This document shows, piece by piece, positions 28,705 to 48,144 of a DNA stretch of 64,000 nt (its first letter is position 1; every line of letters starts with the position of its first letter). Position numbers and translations under genes: made by a program. The DNA comes from Octopus vulgaris (lineage: Eukaryota), in NCBI GenBank assembly GCA_951406725.2, contig OX597821.1, positions 3,100,001 through 3,164,000 of the forward strand, written 5' to 3'. A model generated the notes under the pieces. That model searched no databases, was not told the DNA's origin, and was given only the letters and a program-made list of their open reading frames with translations.

Positions 28705-29093
28705 AGAGAGACTTAGTAATTTTAATATTTCTATTATTGAAAACAAGTGCCTGTATTCCACTGAAACTAGGTAAATAAATCCTTCGAACAGGGACGATCA
28801 GTAGCGACACCTGCAAGTCTGACTACGCTGCATTGAAAAGGGGCAACAACACTGAAACGTCTGTAGCTGTCTGACTGGCAGGATGAAGCGGCTGACCTCC
28901 CTTGTTCGAAGGTTTATAATGGACGCAATTTTTGTGCCAAATAGCTAGCTTAAGGCGATGGCCTCATGAAGCTAATCAGCAACAGCTTTAGTCTTATATT
29001 TATAAGACTGACATATTAGTATGGCGATAACTATTAATTTCCAGTAACGCTGCCGTAATCTCCTGTAGAGAGACTTAGTAATTTTAATATTTC

Positions 29094-29099
<6 letters not shown>
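28705..29099 (+). mobile_element. 362-bp non-coding unit with 33-bp terminal redundancy and internal hammerhead-like motif, inside TA-rich microsatellite
   Basis: agagagacttagtaattttaatatttctattat at 28705 and 29067; motif gctgca-TTGAAAA-...-GAAA-CG-TC-tgtagc at 28827-28867. Confidence 0.65.
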
Positions 29100-29151
<52 letters not shown>

Positions 29152-29575
29152 GTAAATATATATCTATACATATTTATATATATATATATATGTGCGTGTG
29201 TCTTTGTACCTCATCATCACCTGACAACCGATGTTGCTCTATTAACAACCCCAAAATAAGCTGTTTGTGACGTCCTGTCTTTGTTATTATTATTATCATT
29301 ATTGTTTTTACGTATTTTCGTATTCATATTCGTGTAACATCGTCCGTTTTTCCGTCTTTGATTAATATACATTCGAGGCTTTCTTCCAAGGAATATAATG
29401 CGCTGAGCTTAGATTTCCCTTGGGGCTGGCCAGATTGGACCAATCTCAAGATTAATCAGCCGAAATTGCGAGGAGGATCCGGTTCTTGACTGAAGATTGA
29501 AGGCTTCGTATGTCCCATGTTTTTTGTATCGTCTTCTAAATGTTTTGCGTTCTTGTCCCAGTTTGTATTTTTTAC

Positions 29576-29649
<74 letters not shown>

Positions 29650-30527
29650 CACGTGATCACGTAACCGACCAGACCATCAGATGTTGCTACACATCGCTGG
29701 TTGGTCACAATGCGTTCGCATTGTTTTAGCCTTCGAATGACGCCACCCCGCTGGCTAAGCGAGCAGGCCAATATATATATATATATATATATGCACATAC
29801 ATATATACATCTCTTCAATATGTTGAGTCGTTAATCCCTACTCGTTTCTTTTTCTCTATATATCTATATATTTAAAAATATGGATATATATACCTACAGG
29901 AAACAACAATACACACGTTCATATTTTGTTAGTTTGTTCTGTTATCCCTGGCCATATTTCCATGTTTGTTACGTTTCCCACTTTATTAAATAAATCAATG
30001 GAATTATTATGATTATATATCCTGAAGTTATGTTCAATATAGCATCTTCGAAGTAAAATCAAGTTTTATTTCTTAAAGGCTTAGAATATTACTTTAGTAT
30101 GAAATATATTTCTTCATTACATTGACATCTTGACGTAGACTGCGTGAATGTGATTGACTTAATGTTGAGAAACTTTTTGCTTCGTATGATTTCTCACTTA
30201 GAAGTAGCTGTGTGCCGGACTAGTTTACGGTAAGGTAAAATTCTTTGGCAACTTCAGCTATGGTTCCTTCAAGTCTGGATTTAAACTCAGCCTGTTCTGG
30301 AATTTCAATATTATCGAACCCTGCAGGTTATTCCAAACTTCTCAGAAATCTTTCGTCTCAGAAGTTAATACTCTTCTGAGAATATTCCAAACAATATTCC
30401 GACAGTTTGTTTGTATTTATATCTTGAGGTTGAGAATTTGCTGTATGTACAGTGTATGTATAAAAGTCTTAAAATATATAGAAAAGCAATGACCATTTTT
30501 GTATTAGTTGTAAACTATTGTAAACTA

Positions 30528-31057
30528 TTGGGTTGTCTGGAAAGTTCGAGACGACTTAAAAAAGAAAAGAAAAAGGTCAATAAACACTTGCCATTACATT
30601 TTTAATCAACCAAATATAAACCATTTTTTTGCACAATGCGTCTCCATATTTCCTTTAACTTGAAAATACACTCTTCCCAGAATTCATAGCAAAGAATTCA
30701 TCAAGGTATCTTTTTACGTCATCCAAGTAATTGAAATTTTTACCATTAATACTATTCTGCAGAGACCTGAGGCAGTGGAAATCCGAAGGAGTAATATCTG
30801 GTGAATATGGAGGGTGGGGTAACACATCTCAGCCGAGCTGCAGCAATTTTTGTCTGGTTCCTAAACTTTCTTATCTTCCATTTTAAAAGGTTACAGAATT
30901 AATACATGTTATACGAACATAAACCTTCTTCCACGAAGCTTAAACTCTGCTCTAAATGGATGTGTAGTCAAATCCTATTTTATGGACTCAACGATGTACT
31001 AAAATAAGTCGATATGTAAGCTACTATGAATCGGTACCAACTTTCTGGACAACCCAA
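30528..31057 (-). mobile_element. Internally deleted mariner element with TIRs and TA target duplication
   Basis: TA|ttgggttgtctggaaagtt ... aactttctggacaacccaa|TA. Minus strand encodes DVLPHPPYSPDITPSDFH at ~30775-30830. Confidence 0.88.
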
Positions 31058-31082
31058 TAAAATTCTTTGGATATACACAAAC

Positions 31083-31149
<67 letters not shown>

Positions 31150-31724
31150 CACGTACACACACACGTACACACATACTGACGTACACATGTGTGGTGTGCG
31201 TGTGTGCTTATATACATCTATCCATTTGCCAATGTATCTATCTATTAATGCATACGAAAACAAAGTTAATATCAAACGTTTGCGGAATTCAAAGAACATT
31301 TTCAATTCCATTGCCATAAAGAAACGCTTGAGATATCTTCATTGATTCAGTCTATTGGGAGAGTGTAAGGTGATTTAGTCTGCCTTGCTCTGATTTTGTC
31401 TCCAGTATGAAGTCAGGTAATATGTATAAAAGATGCATTTAACCACGTATTTACTACACTTAAGAAATTTGGGAAACAGGTGCCGTTTTTCCTTCATTAT
31501 AACATTCCGAAATAAACTGCTTTCCAAAGTTATCTTGAATTTCGTAATCAAATATGATAATTAGCTTTATGAAATTGATAATGTATGGCTGTCATTATAA
31601 TGGTTTTTCACATTGCAAAATATGTTAATTATTTCATGACTGTCAGCGCCATCCACTTCTGTTCCTATTCGAAATTATTTGGTTCTATATGTTTATTCAT
31701 GTATTTTTCTAAACTTATGTATGT

Positions 31725-32120
31725 TACTCTTTTACTCTTTTACTTGTTTCAGTCATTTGACCGTGGCCATGCTTGAGCACCGCCTTTAGTCGAGTCACTC
31801 GACACCAGGACTTATACTTTGTAAGCCTAGTATTTAATTTATCGGTTTCTTTTGCCGTACCGCTAATTACGGGGACGTAAACACACCAGCATCGCTTGTC
31901 AAGCGATGTTGGGGGAGGGGCAAACACCCCCCACACCCACACACACACATATATATATAAGACGGGCTTCTTTCAGTTTCCGTCTATCAAATCCCCTCAC
32001 AAGGCTTTGGTCGACCCGAGGCTATAGTAGAAGACACTTGCCCAAGCTGCCACGCAGTGGGACTGAACCCGGAACCATGTGGTACATAAGCAACTTATCT
32101 AACACACAGCCACTCCTACG
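31725..32120 (-). mobile_element. tRNA-type SINE (family B) with internal CA/TA microsatellite
   Basis: Reverse complement of 49650-50045; ggttcagtccc B-box-like, gggcaagtgtcttctactatagcctcgg, gacggaaactgaaagaagcccgt. Confidence 0.85.
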
Positions 32121-32830
32121 CCTGTTCAGCTTTTTCTTTGTCATCTAGTTGCACCAGATCCTTGTAACTTTACACTAGAAAAGTATTTGTTGCGTTAACA
32201 GAGAGGAAAATTATATTCACATATAAGCGGAGAAATAGTTACTTTTGAATTGGTGAATTCCTACTTATTCGAAGATTATACAAATTAAAATGAAAGGAAA
32301 GAAAACTGACGCTGCTATAAACGTATTCTTTTAAGAATGAGAAAGACAAATGCTGACATGTATGGATGTTAGCTTAACGTTCAGTAACTTTACAAGACCT
32401 TCGAAAATATATTTAGCTTAATACAAAATCAATAGTCAAGTAAAACATGTAAAGAGAAGCAGGTTTCTTCTTACATCGATAGAAAACAACAACAACAACA
32501 ACAATAATAATAATAATGATAATAATAATATTAATTATAATAATGATAATAATAATAATTATAATAATAATAATAATAGTAGTAACAATAATCTTATACC
32601 CGCAAAAAAACACATTTTCTTTCAATATTTTTTCTTCCTCCTTTCATATTAAGTTTAAGTAAGTGAGATACACGTTATCTAGGAATTTTTATTGCCATTT
32701 CATAACCTATATATTTCTTCACGTGATGCATCGAAAAATGTTTGTCATCGAAACTAAACATTTCCACTTGTACAGCATTTAATATGTGTGTGTGTTTTTA
32801 TGTGTGCGTGTATATATGTTTGTATATATA

Positions 32831-32877
<47 letters not shown>

Positions 32878-33071
32878 CGAAAATAGGATAAAACCTTTAT
32901 AAGAATGTATCAAGTAGTTACCGTGAAAAACCTCATAAGGGAAAAAACTTATTAATTATGCCCTTTAAATATATTTATTTATATTATGGGCATTACTATA
33001 CATAAATAATGAGGTAGTTTTCGAATTTAAAAGTCCCTCATAGCGTGAGGCATTTATGAATAGTAATGCCC

Positions 33072-33106
<35 letters not shown>

Positions 33107-33111
<5 letters not shown>

Positions 33112-33380
33112 AAGTATAGAAGCCATCTTATCATGGCTAACCACATTGGGGAGGGGGTTGTTACTGTAACTTTATAGCCCCAAGAGATCTTCGTCTCTAG
33201 CTGGCTCTAAACACAATATCTGTGTCTTTGGTGTATTTGCAAAGGGAGGTCATCCCTTCCTCGAAAGCCTGAGTGAAACTGCTCGAACTAGTTTCGGGAT
33301 GGTTGTCCCCCGTCAACGGGCGGTTACAACCCCCTCCCCATTGTGGTTAGCCATGATAAGATGGCTTCTATACTTTACAT
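33107..33380. mobile_element. Short element with ~55-bp near-perfect inverted termini and internal decayed hammerhead (minus strand)
   Basis: atgtaaagtatagaagccatcttatcatggctaaccacattggggagggggttgt is the reverse complement of 33326-33380 (one mismatch). Confidence 0.8.
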
Positions 33381-33426
33381 TATCGAGAGATTACTGTTTC
33401 AATCTCATTCTGAGATTTAATTATGC

Positions 33427-33474
<48 letters not shown>

Positions 33475-33670
33475 CATATTATTGTCAGTAAACAGGTCAC
33501 GGTGTTATAGCCACGAAAATATTTTGAGAAATTAAACTTAAATGTTGAAGTGAATCGAACGGCTTTTGTGTCTTTTAAATTGTTTCGGAAAGTTATAATC
33601 ACTCTGTATACGCATTCGCAGAGATAAACACAGACACACACATATATATATGAATATATACATGTGTGTT

Positions 33671-39561
<5,891 letters not shown>

Positions 39562-39799
39562 AATTTAAAATTTTAAAAAGTTTAGTCCTATTTATAGTGG
39601 AATTAATAACAAATGAAAGACAAAACTGAAATGCCCATTTATTATACTGATGATTAATGTTCGATACGCCGACCCTTATCTTGTTGAGGAACCGTGTAAA
39701 GGTCTTTCAATTTCTAAGAGAGTTTTATGTCGGATAGCCAATTACAAGTGGATGATATTCACCGGATGAAAGAATCGCTGGTAAATATCTTTTGTTTTT

Positions 39800-40130
39800 C
39801 ATCTTTAATCTTTCATCACATAATTGTTTCAGTCTTTAGACTGCAGTTATGCTGGAATTTCAGTCGAATCAATACATCGATATAAGTAGTTTCTTTGTAA
39901 GCCTGGTACTTATTGTAACAGTTTTGTATGTGGAATTGCTTAGTTACGGGGACTTATACACAGCAACACCGGTCTTCCATCAGTTTCTGCGTACCATTTC
40001 CACTAACAAGGCTCTGGTCGGCCTGAGGCTATAGTAGAAAGAACGCGTCCAATATGTCACGCAGAGGGACCGAACCCGAAACATTGTTGTTCGAATGAAA
40101 GCTTCCTAGCTCATAGCAACGCCAGCAACT
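39800..40130 (-). mobile_element. Degenerate SINE family B
   Basis: tgtttcagtc..gactgcag, caaggctctggtcggcctgaggctatagtagaa, cacgcagagggaccgaaccc. Confidence 0.7.
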
Positions 40131-40304
40131 AAATATACGGTAGAAAGGAAAATCGAATTTCTCAAATATGATAATAGTGTATGCTTACATATTTATTCGT
40201 GTCTTGTTATTTGTTACTAACGTTTTTTTGTTGGATACTGCTAAATATGGTTAGCAAACGCATATGGTGAGAAACGTTTTTTGGAAGGATATATCCTCTA
40301 TTAG

Positions 40305-40540
40305 TTATGAAACGGTAAACTCAGGAGTAATGTAATTTTGGATCATATCTATATATCTCTCATCTTTAACATGACATCCTTGAAAAGAATATGATCTAAT
40401 GATGCAATCTTCTACGAAAGCATGCCAGATTTTAACCACATTAATATCTTCATTTTCTCCAGTTTTACATGAATGTTGAGTGCCCCATTTGCTGGAATTT
40501 ATGGCTGTAGAGTTTACCGATAATGTGAAATGTTGCATTC
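40305..40540 (-). mobile_element. Tc1-like transposase fragment
   Basis: HFTLS.N...N...WGTQH...VKIWHAF...IIRSYSFQ..V..ERYIDMIQNYI.P resembles the Tc1-like DDE segment (F.L.G.VN..N.RIW..VW..IIGPYFF..Y..ML). Confidence 0.6.
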
Positions 40541-40934
40541 TCGGAAAACATTAAATGGTTAAAAGTGAAGAGGCGAAGCATCTTTGGCTACTTCTTCGTT
40601 GAATTGATGACAGAAGTTAGTAAAGCATGATAATACTCTGCCGGCAGCATTAGACACATTTGAACTTTTCATGCTTTCATGTGAAGTTGCATTCAAAGAA
40701 TTTTATGCCCCGTTGATTCTGGAGAAAAATCAGCTGCAAAGAAGCCAGTTTTATTAATTTATGTGGATTCTCCAAAAAGGATTTTTCGACAGTTACTAAA
40801 ACTTTTTGATTTCTCTTTGGTCTTCGATGTCAATGCTTCTCTTTCACAATAACATTTTGAAATTTTCCATCTAGTTACACAATTCCGGCAGAGTGCAACT
40901 GTATGCACTAGGCTCAAAGCTTCCGTTAACGGTG

Positions 40935-41006
<72 letters not shown>

Positions 41007-41514
41007 TATTATATTAATTGCCTAGCATTTAAAGAACAATTTGCTTTCAAAGTAATTAATGAAAAATTATAATAAATTTTCTGATTGACCACAGCAAAAT
41101 CAAGCTATCAGGGTCGTAAACGTTCTTTACAAGGTAAAAATTTGTTTAAAATTTTGAATTTAAATAGGGAGGAAATTCAAATTTGCCGTAGCTGTTTCAT
41201 ATTTCTGATATTCTCATAAACCCCTTTTGAGCATAGACTACATGAAGCATCAGGAAAGCAAGGAATGAATATTATATAGCTCTTATATAAAACGTGTGTG
41301 TGCGCGTGTAGAAAATGAGTGTGTTCCTACGCTGGAAAATATTGCTCTTATACTTTCGATTCTCTCCAAACCTGTTTCTTTATGTTTATTCACCATCGAT
41401 AAGCACCAAAACAAATCGATAACGGTCTGGTGTTTCAGTAAATCTGTTGCAACATGTAAAAACAAACCACACATATACATTTCCAACCCCCAAACAGAGT
41501 CTCCGTGTCTATCG

Positions 41515-41609
<95 letters not shown>

Positions 41610-41641
41610 AATCTATCTATATATCTATATATCTATATATG

Positions 41642-41705
<64 letters not shown>

Positions 41706-41719
41706 TGTGCACTTGTGTG

Positions 41720-41908
41720 TGTGAGCTAGTGTACCGCTAGCCACCACACATTCTTTATTTTCTTTCCTTGTTTCTCTCTGTATTTCTTTCTGTGGAAGAG
41801 CGTAGGCTCGAAACGTTAAAGACTTTATCACTTCCCGTATTTATGCAAATACATCTGTTTGTTGTCTACACCACCTGTCTTCGTCTATTGTATTTTTGTG
41901 TGAATTCT

Positions 41909-41912
<4 letters not shown>
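41720..41912 (+). mobile_element. Short repeat with minimal hammerhead-like motif (second copy 58365-58500)
   Basis: tcttt-CTGTGGA-A-gagc gtag gctc-GAAA-CG-TT-aaaga. Downstream gacttt..cttcc..atacatctgtttgttgt is shared by both copies. Confidence 0.65.
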
Positions 41913-42004
<92 letters not shown>

Positions 42005-42008
42005 AATG

Positions 42009-42040
<32 letters not shown>

Positions 42041-42138
42041 GTATATTATATATATATATATACATATGTATATATGTATATACATATATATATATATACA
42101 TATATCATATTATATTATATATATATATGTATTATATA

Positions 42139-42234
<96 letters not shown>

Positions 42235-42290
42235 CGTGTATTTAAATATATCTACATACATATATACATATATATATAAATATATACGTT
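41913..42290. repeat. (TA)n/(TG)n microsatellite
   Basis: Direct reading. Similar tracts at 8228-8301, 27545-27942, 29098-29190, 33640-33800, 39514-39557, 40937-41000, 44875-45236, 53185-53292, 60105-60157. Confidence 0.95.
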
Positions 42291-42340
42291 TAGATATTTG
42301 TTGTGCAATATTTTTTATGTGAAGTCGTGTGTTGAAACAG

Positions 42341-42676
42341 ATATTGTTATAATTCGGAATGGTCATTTTGCCAGTTGACCCAATAAAATCACACGCACTA
42401 TATATTTGGTGTTGCTTTGCTTCAGTGTTATTTATTTTTTATATTAATCTTAATCTTATTTTGGCCAGAGTTCTTTCGTCAGACTCCTGTGGCCGCATCA
42501 GTGGTCCTTTGTTTTCCTCTTTCTTATTTGTGTCTCTCCTTACTAACCGTCAGCCATTTTGTAAAAAATAAATGTAAAAAATAAAATAACACTGGATCAA
42601 AGTAACACCAAATATATAGTGCGTGTGATTTTATTGGCTCAACTGGCAAAATGACCATTCCGAAATATAACAATAT
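42341..42676. mobile_element. Short element with ~100-bp inverted arms and internal decayed hammerhead (minus strand)
   Basis: ttcggaatggtcattttgccagttga.ccaataaaatcacacgcactatatatttggtgtt is inverted at ~42603-42664. Confidence 0.8.
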
Positions 42677-43911
42677 TAATATATACATATTCGTACATAA
42701 ATACATGCATACATACGACGCTTGATAAATTTATTGCATTCACTGTAATTATGTGGTTGTTTCATTTCTCGTGCTTGTGAATTTGTTGAGGAAATCATTT
42801 CGTTTCACCTTGCTCCGGTCCACGAACCTGATTTGCCGCAATACCTGTTAAGTAGACACTGAGAGGAACCAGTGCCACTTTCGGGGCAAGGTATTGCGCT
42901 CTCAGTCAGTTAGGCACCAATGAAACCAAGTTAAATATCGTCATCATCATTCTTAGTACTCATGAGGAAACCTATTTTCTCTTATGATAACATATCTTCC
43001 TATATTTAGCAAACCTAGTCAATTTGGTAAATTCTCAGCAAGAATATACTTCTGATGTTTCCATATAGCAGTAAGTACAGTAAGGATGTCTACGGTTAAC
43101 CCTTTATAATATTATTACCCTATGCTTTTAGAGTATACTTGTAGTTACATTACGGAAATTCACATTCACATGGCTCACTTGTCCAAAGCATAATCTCTTT
43201 GAAACATATTGTATATTCTCATCTAGAATGTACGCAATGTATTTTCGTTTTCATTTTTATGCGTTTAGAAAGATTACAGGTAGCTTGACGTGAATTGCTG
43301 GAAACAAGATGCTATTATTTCCGCATCAATGTACCACTTAATAACATTTATTTCGAATACACAGGAGTTATATCATTTTATAGGCTAACTTTCTAGCGAA
43401 TTGATTTTTACAGCAACAGAGAATTTAACTATATGAAGAGAAAATTACAAAAGGATTCCCCTTAATAAATAATATCTGCATTGAATAGGCGCTGATAACA
43501 TATAATAGTTTGATCCATGAAAGATAACTGATATCATATTGTAGCTGATTTTAGAAGTATACACATCTTAGGCAAACAGGCAGCAGAAAAACAAATGTTC
43601 AGGCTCCAACAGGTCGATTTAAATATTCCAGCAGTATCATGTATTGTCTAATGTGTTTTACATAAGCAGTTTGTACTCACCTGAATTAGGAGGCTTTGTA
43701 ACTCTAATATCTCACTGAAGTTGATCTTACTCTTACCTGATACTATCCAAAGAAAAGAAAATGTGTGCTACCCCACTCAGAGGAAATATGACAGTTCATG
43801 TTAAAAGTATGTAGTAGAAATTCTACACTGGAAGATAAACAGATTTTTGCCAAAATATATACATCACTGGAAAAATGCAAACAGACACAATCAAACACAC
43901 ATACATATGTA

Positions 43912-44046
<135 letters not shown>

Positions 44047-44872
44047 GGATTGATACATAGATAGATAAATTTTTTTGTGTGTGCAAGTCCCAGTAAGTCT
44101 GTTACAATGTGTAAGTTCGTGGATTAGTGATTAGAGGCTCAGATCCACTATCAAAATATCGTGAGTTCGATTCTTGGATCGGGCATTTGTTTCTTTGTAT
44201 AAAGACATGTATTTCACTGGACTGACTCTTCCTGAACTGACTTGGGGCTGGGGCTTCATCGATATCACAATTAGCCGAGCATGGGATCGCCAAGAGAGAG
44301 TTTCTCTGCTCTAACATGCAATAATTAGTGAAAGTATGCTACATGACTCGACATCATGCACAAATACACAGGACTACATGCACATATGCACATAATAATT
44401 CGAATTTCTTTATTGTTTCTCTTCTTGCAATATTTTCCACTAGTACTTATGTATTCATAGTTGAGACACATTCGTATCAATCTATCATTTAACATTTTTT
44501 TTTCGATACACATCACACATTCACCCAACATACAATCATTCGTGACTATACGTAACTAAATTAGAAACTATTATCAGTTCATATTTACTCAGTTAATTTC
44601 CATGCATTTACTCTGCACATATATCACGAATTGTAATTTGCATGAGAGGTATTTATATTTCATTATAAGACAGTGGTCTCCTAATGAAATATAAATAACA
44701 AATAAGCTGTCCAAGGAGACATGGACAGAGATAGTTTATTTGATATATGAGAATTGGTCTACTTAATGTCGTTTCTCCTGCGACATGAATCCGCAATATT
44801 CATAAAGTGGCGTTCCAGTTGGTACGTGTATAAATACAGAGGCACATAGGTACACACGAGTATACACATAGG

Positions 44873-44964
<92 letters not shown>

Positions 44965-45112
44965 TGCGTATGTGTCTGCGCTTGTGAGTGTATAAATATA
45001 TAAATGAATACATACATGTTTGTGTAAATGTATATATATAAATATATATGTATATACATACGTGTGTATACATGTATGCTCGTATACATATATGTTATAT
45101 ATATATATATAT

Positions 45113-45156
<44 letters not shown>

Positions 45157-45205
45157 CATATATAAATAAATGTATGTATCCATATATATATATATATATT
45201 TGTAC

Positions 45206-45239
<34 letters not shown>

Positions 45240-46424
45240 ATGTGTATGCCCGTGAGTACAAATATGTCTGTCCACTGATGCGTTTATTGTTACTGATATA
45301 CACGGCCATAAACATGCATTTATAGATGATATTTCTTGAGTATGCTGGCAATATTTATTGAAAATTATTCACAAACTAACTGAAAGAGAAGTAATAATCA
45401 AACGTAATTGTTTGTCTCAAGTTGCTGGAAATTGCTTTATATTTCCATCTATTGAGTTGTTATTGTAGGCTACGCGTATTATTGAAATATTTACCTGGAG
45501 TATAATAATAATTTCTATATGTCTTCAATATCATATGTATAAACTACACTTATGTATGCAATGTATGTATTTTTAATTATGCTTTAACATTGCGCAACGT
45601 GAGTTTCCGTTCATGCATTCTCATTTCTTTGTAATTTCAAATTAATTAATTACACATTAAACAAAGCTAACCAGTTAGTATTTAGAAATTCCTTAAAATA
45701 TGTATGAAATTCATGAATTATGATGTTTTATTAAAATCATCGAATGCTGTTTTACATTTCTTCTAGAGTCTCTGGTCCGGCTTAATCCCCGATAACGATA
45801 ATTTCTTGTAGATGGTGTTTTCCAAACAATGGAATCTGAATTTTTCCAATTTCTAAAATGATCGGACATTTATGTGGTGAGACGGCTTTCCGCTTATTTA
45901 GATTTATACATTTATGCTGAAAACCTTGCTTCAAGTAGATGTATACATGTTTCTGAAATACTTTTTTTCTGCAAGGAGACAGTTTGCTGATTAAATCCGT
46001 TAAAAAGACGAATATTTTTGTGGCAACATACATTTGGAATGGTCTGTTACATACATAAGGTAGTTTTTGCAATTTCGTATTGGAAATATATCTACAAGTT
46101 TTTAATAGAAGTGAGGAATTATTATTGCAGCTGTATATTATCTTGAGGGTTTTTCTTATCAATTTTTCATGCACAAAGTACAAAGTTGGATTAAGGCCAT
46201 TTGATTTATGTGAATGGCGTAATTTTACGCTAGGTTTACTATTAAGGCAGCATCTACCAGTGCTGCAATTTACATATATATTACAGAGAGAAAGATGGAG
46301 AGAGAAACAATCACACACACACATTACATATATATGTGTGCATGTATGGATATTATATAGATTTTTATATATATACACACATATATATATATATATATAT
46401 ACATATATATAGATATATATGTGT

Positions 46425-46469
<45 letters not shown>

Positions 46470-46580
46470 TGTCGCATATGTATATAAAAGCTTCTATTTT
46501 ATTATGCCTAATGAGACCAGCTGGCAATAATACTTTTCTGGGGTCGTACCGAGCTGTGCCGATATAAGGCAGGATAAATC

Positions 46581-46665
<85 letters not shown>

Positions 46666-47067
46666 TATAATTATAATTATAATATATACAGAAACTTCAT
46701 TGCTTACAGCGTTCGTTTCAACCCAACCTGTATCGATCCCTCACGGGTGGCATGCTATGAAACTGGTTCTGCAGCACCCCTTAGGATAGAAGCGTCCAAG
46801 GGGATCTTGTTTTAAAAATCCTGTTTCGCACGAGTGTAATACATGTTAGTGACTGTAAGTTTAATCTGTTGGCCCTTTTCCTTATTTACCCCTTGTGTTT
46901 AATTTATTACTAAATACATGTTGGCAATTGTCTATAACATCGCAACGGAATCTGCTCCTCGACATTACTTCCCAACAACGTCAAAGTACTGTCATTAAGA
47001 AAATACTCGAAACAAGGTTTATTTTACATGATATCCCTTATAACATCATCTCACGAAACACACCGAG

Positions 47068-47269
47068 AGATAGAGCACAACCAGATGTACAAAATCTCAC
47101 CTGTGAGTGGTTGATGTACGATGAGTCGAAATGATCATTGTGAGTAAGAAAATGTCTCGTATATTCTATTTTCTGTTCCTATCATTTGTTTTATACTCAA
47201 GGAACACTGAGGAATTTCTAAGGTAAATCCAGGGACAATTGTGTAATACCTATCTGTCTATCTATCCAT

Positions 47270-47341
<72 letters not shown>

Positions 47342-48144
47342 ATATTAATCTATCTATATATCTTTGTATATAAATGTCCTGGAATGGTAGAAAGATGAAG
47401 TATTTCGAACACATCACTTAAACCAAACTTTTGGCTATCGTCGCTGAGGAATTCCAGACTCCTATCGTAATTCCTCAGGTGTAGAAACTCCACGATTCAG
47501 AACAGTAAAACTGTTCTGTGGGATTATAAAAGACTAAAATAGAAGCCAAATAAGAAGGCAAAGAAATGTTTTAACCCATCTTTAATGATAATTTACAATT
47601 GTTCCAGTACAACCCCGTCTTTGAACGCCTCTACGCACAAAATTCCCAATTGAAAGTTTACGGAATGTTTGCAGTTTTAGACAATAGAGTGGCACTTTTT
47701 CAGGCCCGCATCAAAGGTGAGCTCTTACAGTGTAAGTCTGCTGGACTTAGACTTTTGCTTATATCGGGAGGAAACTAAAGATAAATAAGATGAAAATGTA
47801 AATAGGCTAATAATTAGGCCTGGGCAAGTACAGTGTTAATACGAAAGTAGAAAAAATACAGTGGATTAAGGGCCTGAAATCCTTCAGCGACGATCGCCAA
47901 AAGTTTGGTTTCAGTGCTGTGTTGGAAATACTTCATCTTTCTACCATTCCAGGAGATTTATATAGATAGATAGACCACAACCAGATGTACAATATTTCAT
48001 CAGTGAGTGGTGGATGTAGGATGGGTCGAAATGATCGTTGTGAGAAATAAAATTTCTCGTATATTCCATATTCCGTTCCTATCATTTGTTATATACTCAA
48101 CGAACATTAAAGAATTTGTGTGGTAAATCCAGGGACAGTTGTGT
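47068..48144. repeat. Composite: ~177-bp direct repeats (47068-47244 / 47968-48144) enclosing an ~80-bp inverted repeat (47367-47447 / 47884-47964)
   Basis: cacaaccagatgtaca..gtcgaaatgatc..ggtaaatccagggaca occurs twice; cctggaatggtagaaagatgaagtatttc vs gaaatacttcatctttctaccattccagg. Confidence 0.85.

Noticed and set aside
27457-28778. YI/IY/VC-repeat ORFs (also 41896-42366, 44759-45278, 52972-53349)
   Set aside because: Translations of TA/TG dinucleotide repeats.
45782-46477. 231-aa minus-strand ORF
   Set aside because: Starts in microsatellites; the remainder has no recognisable motif.
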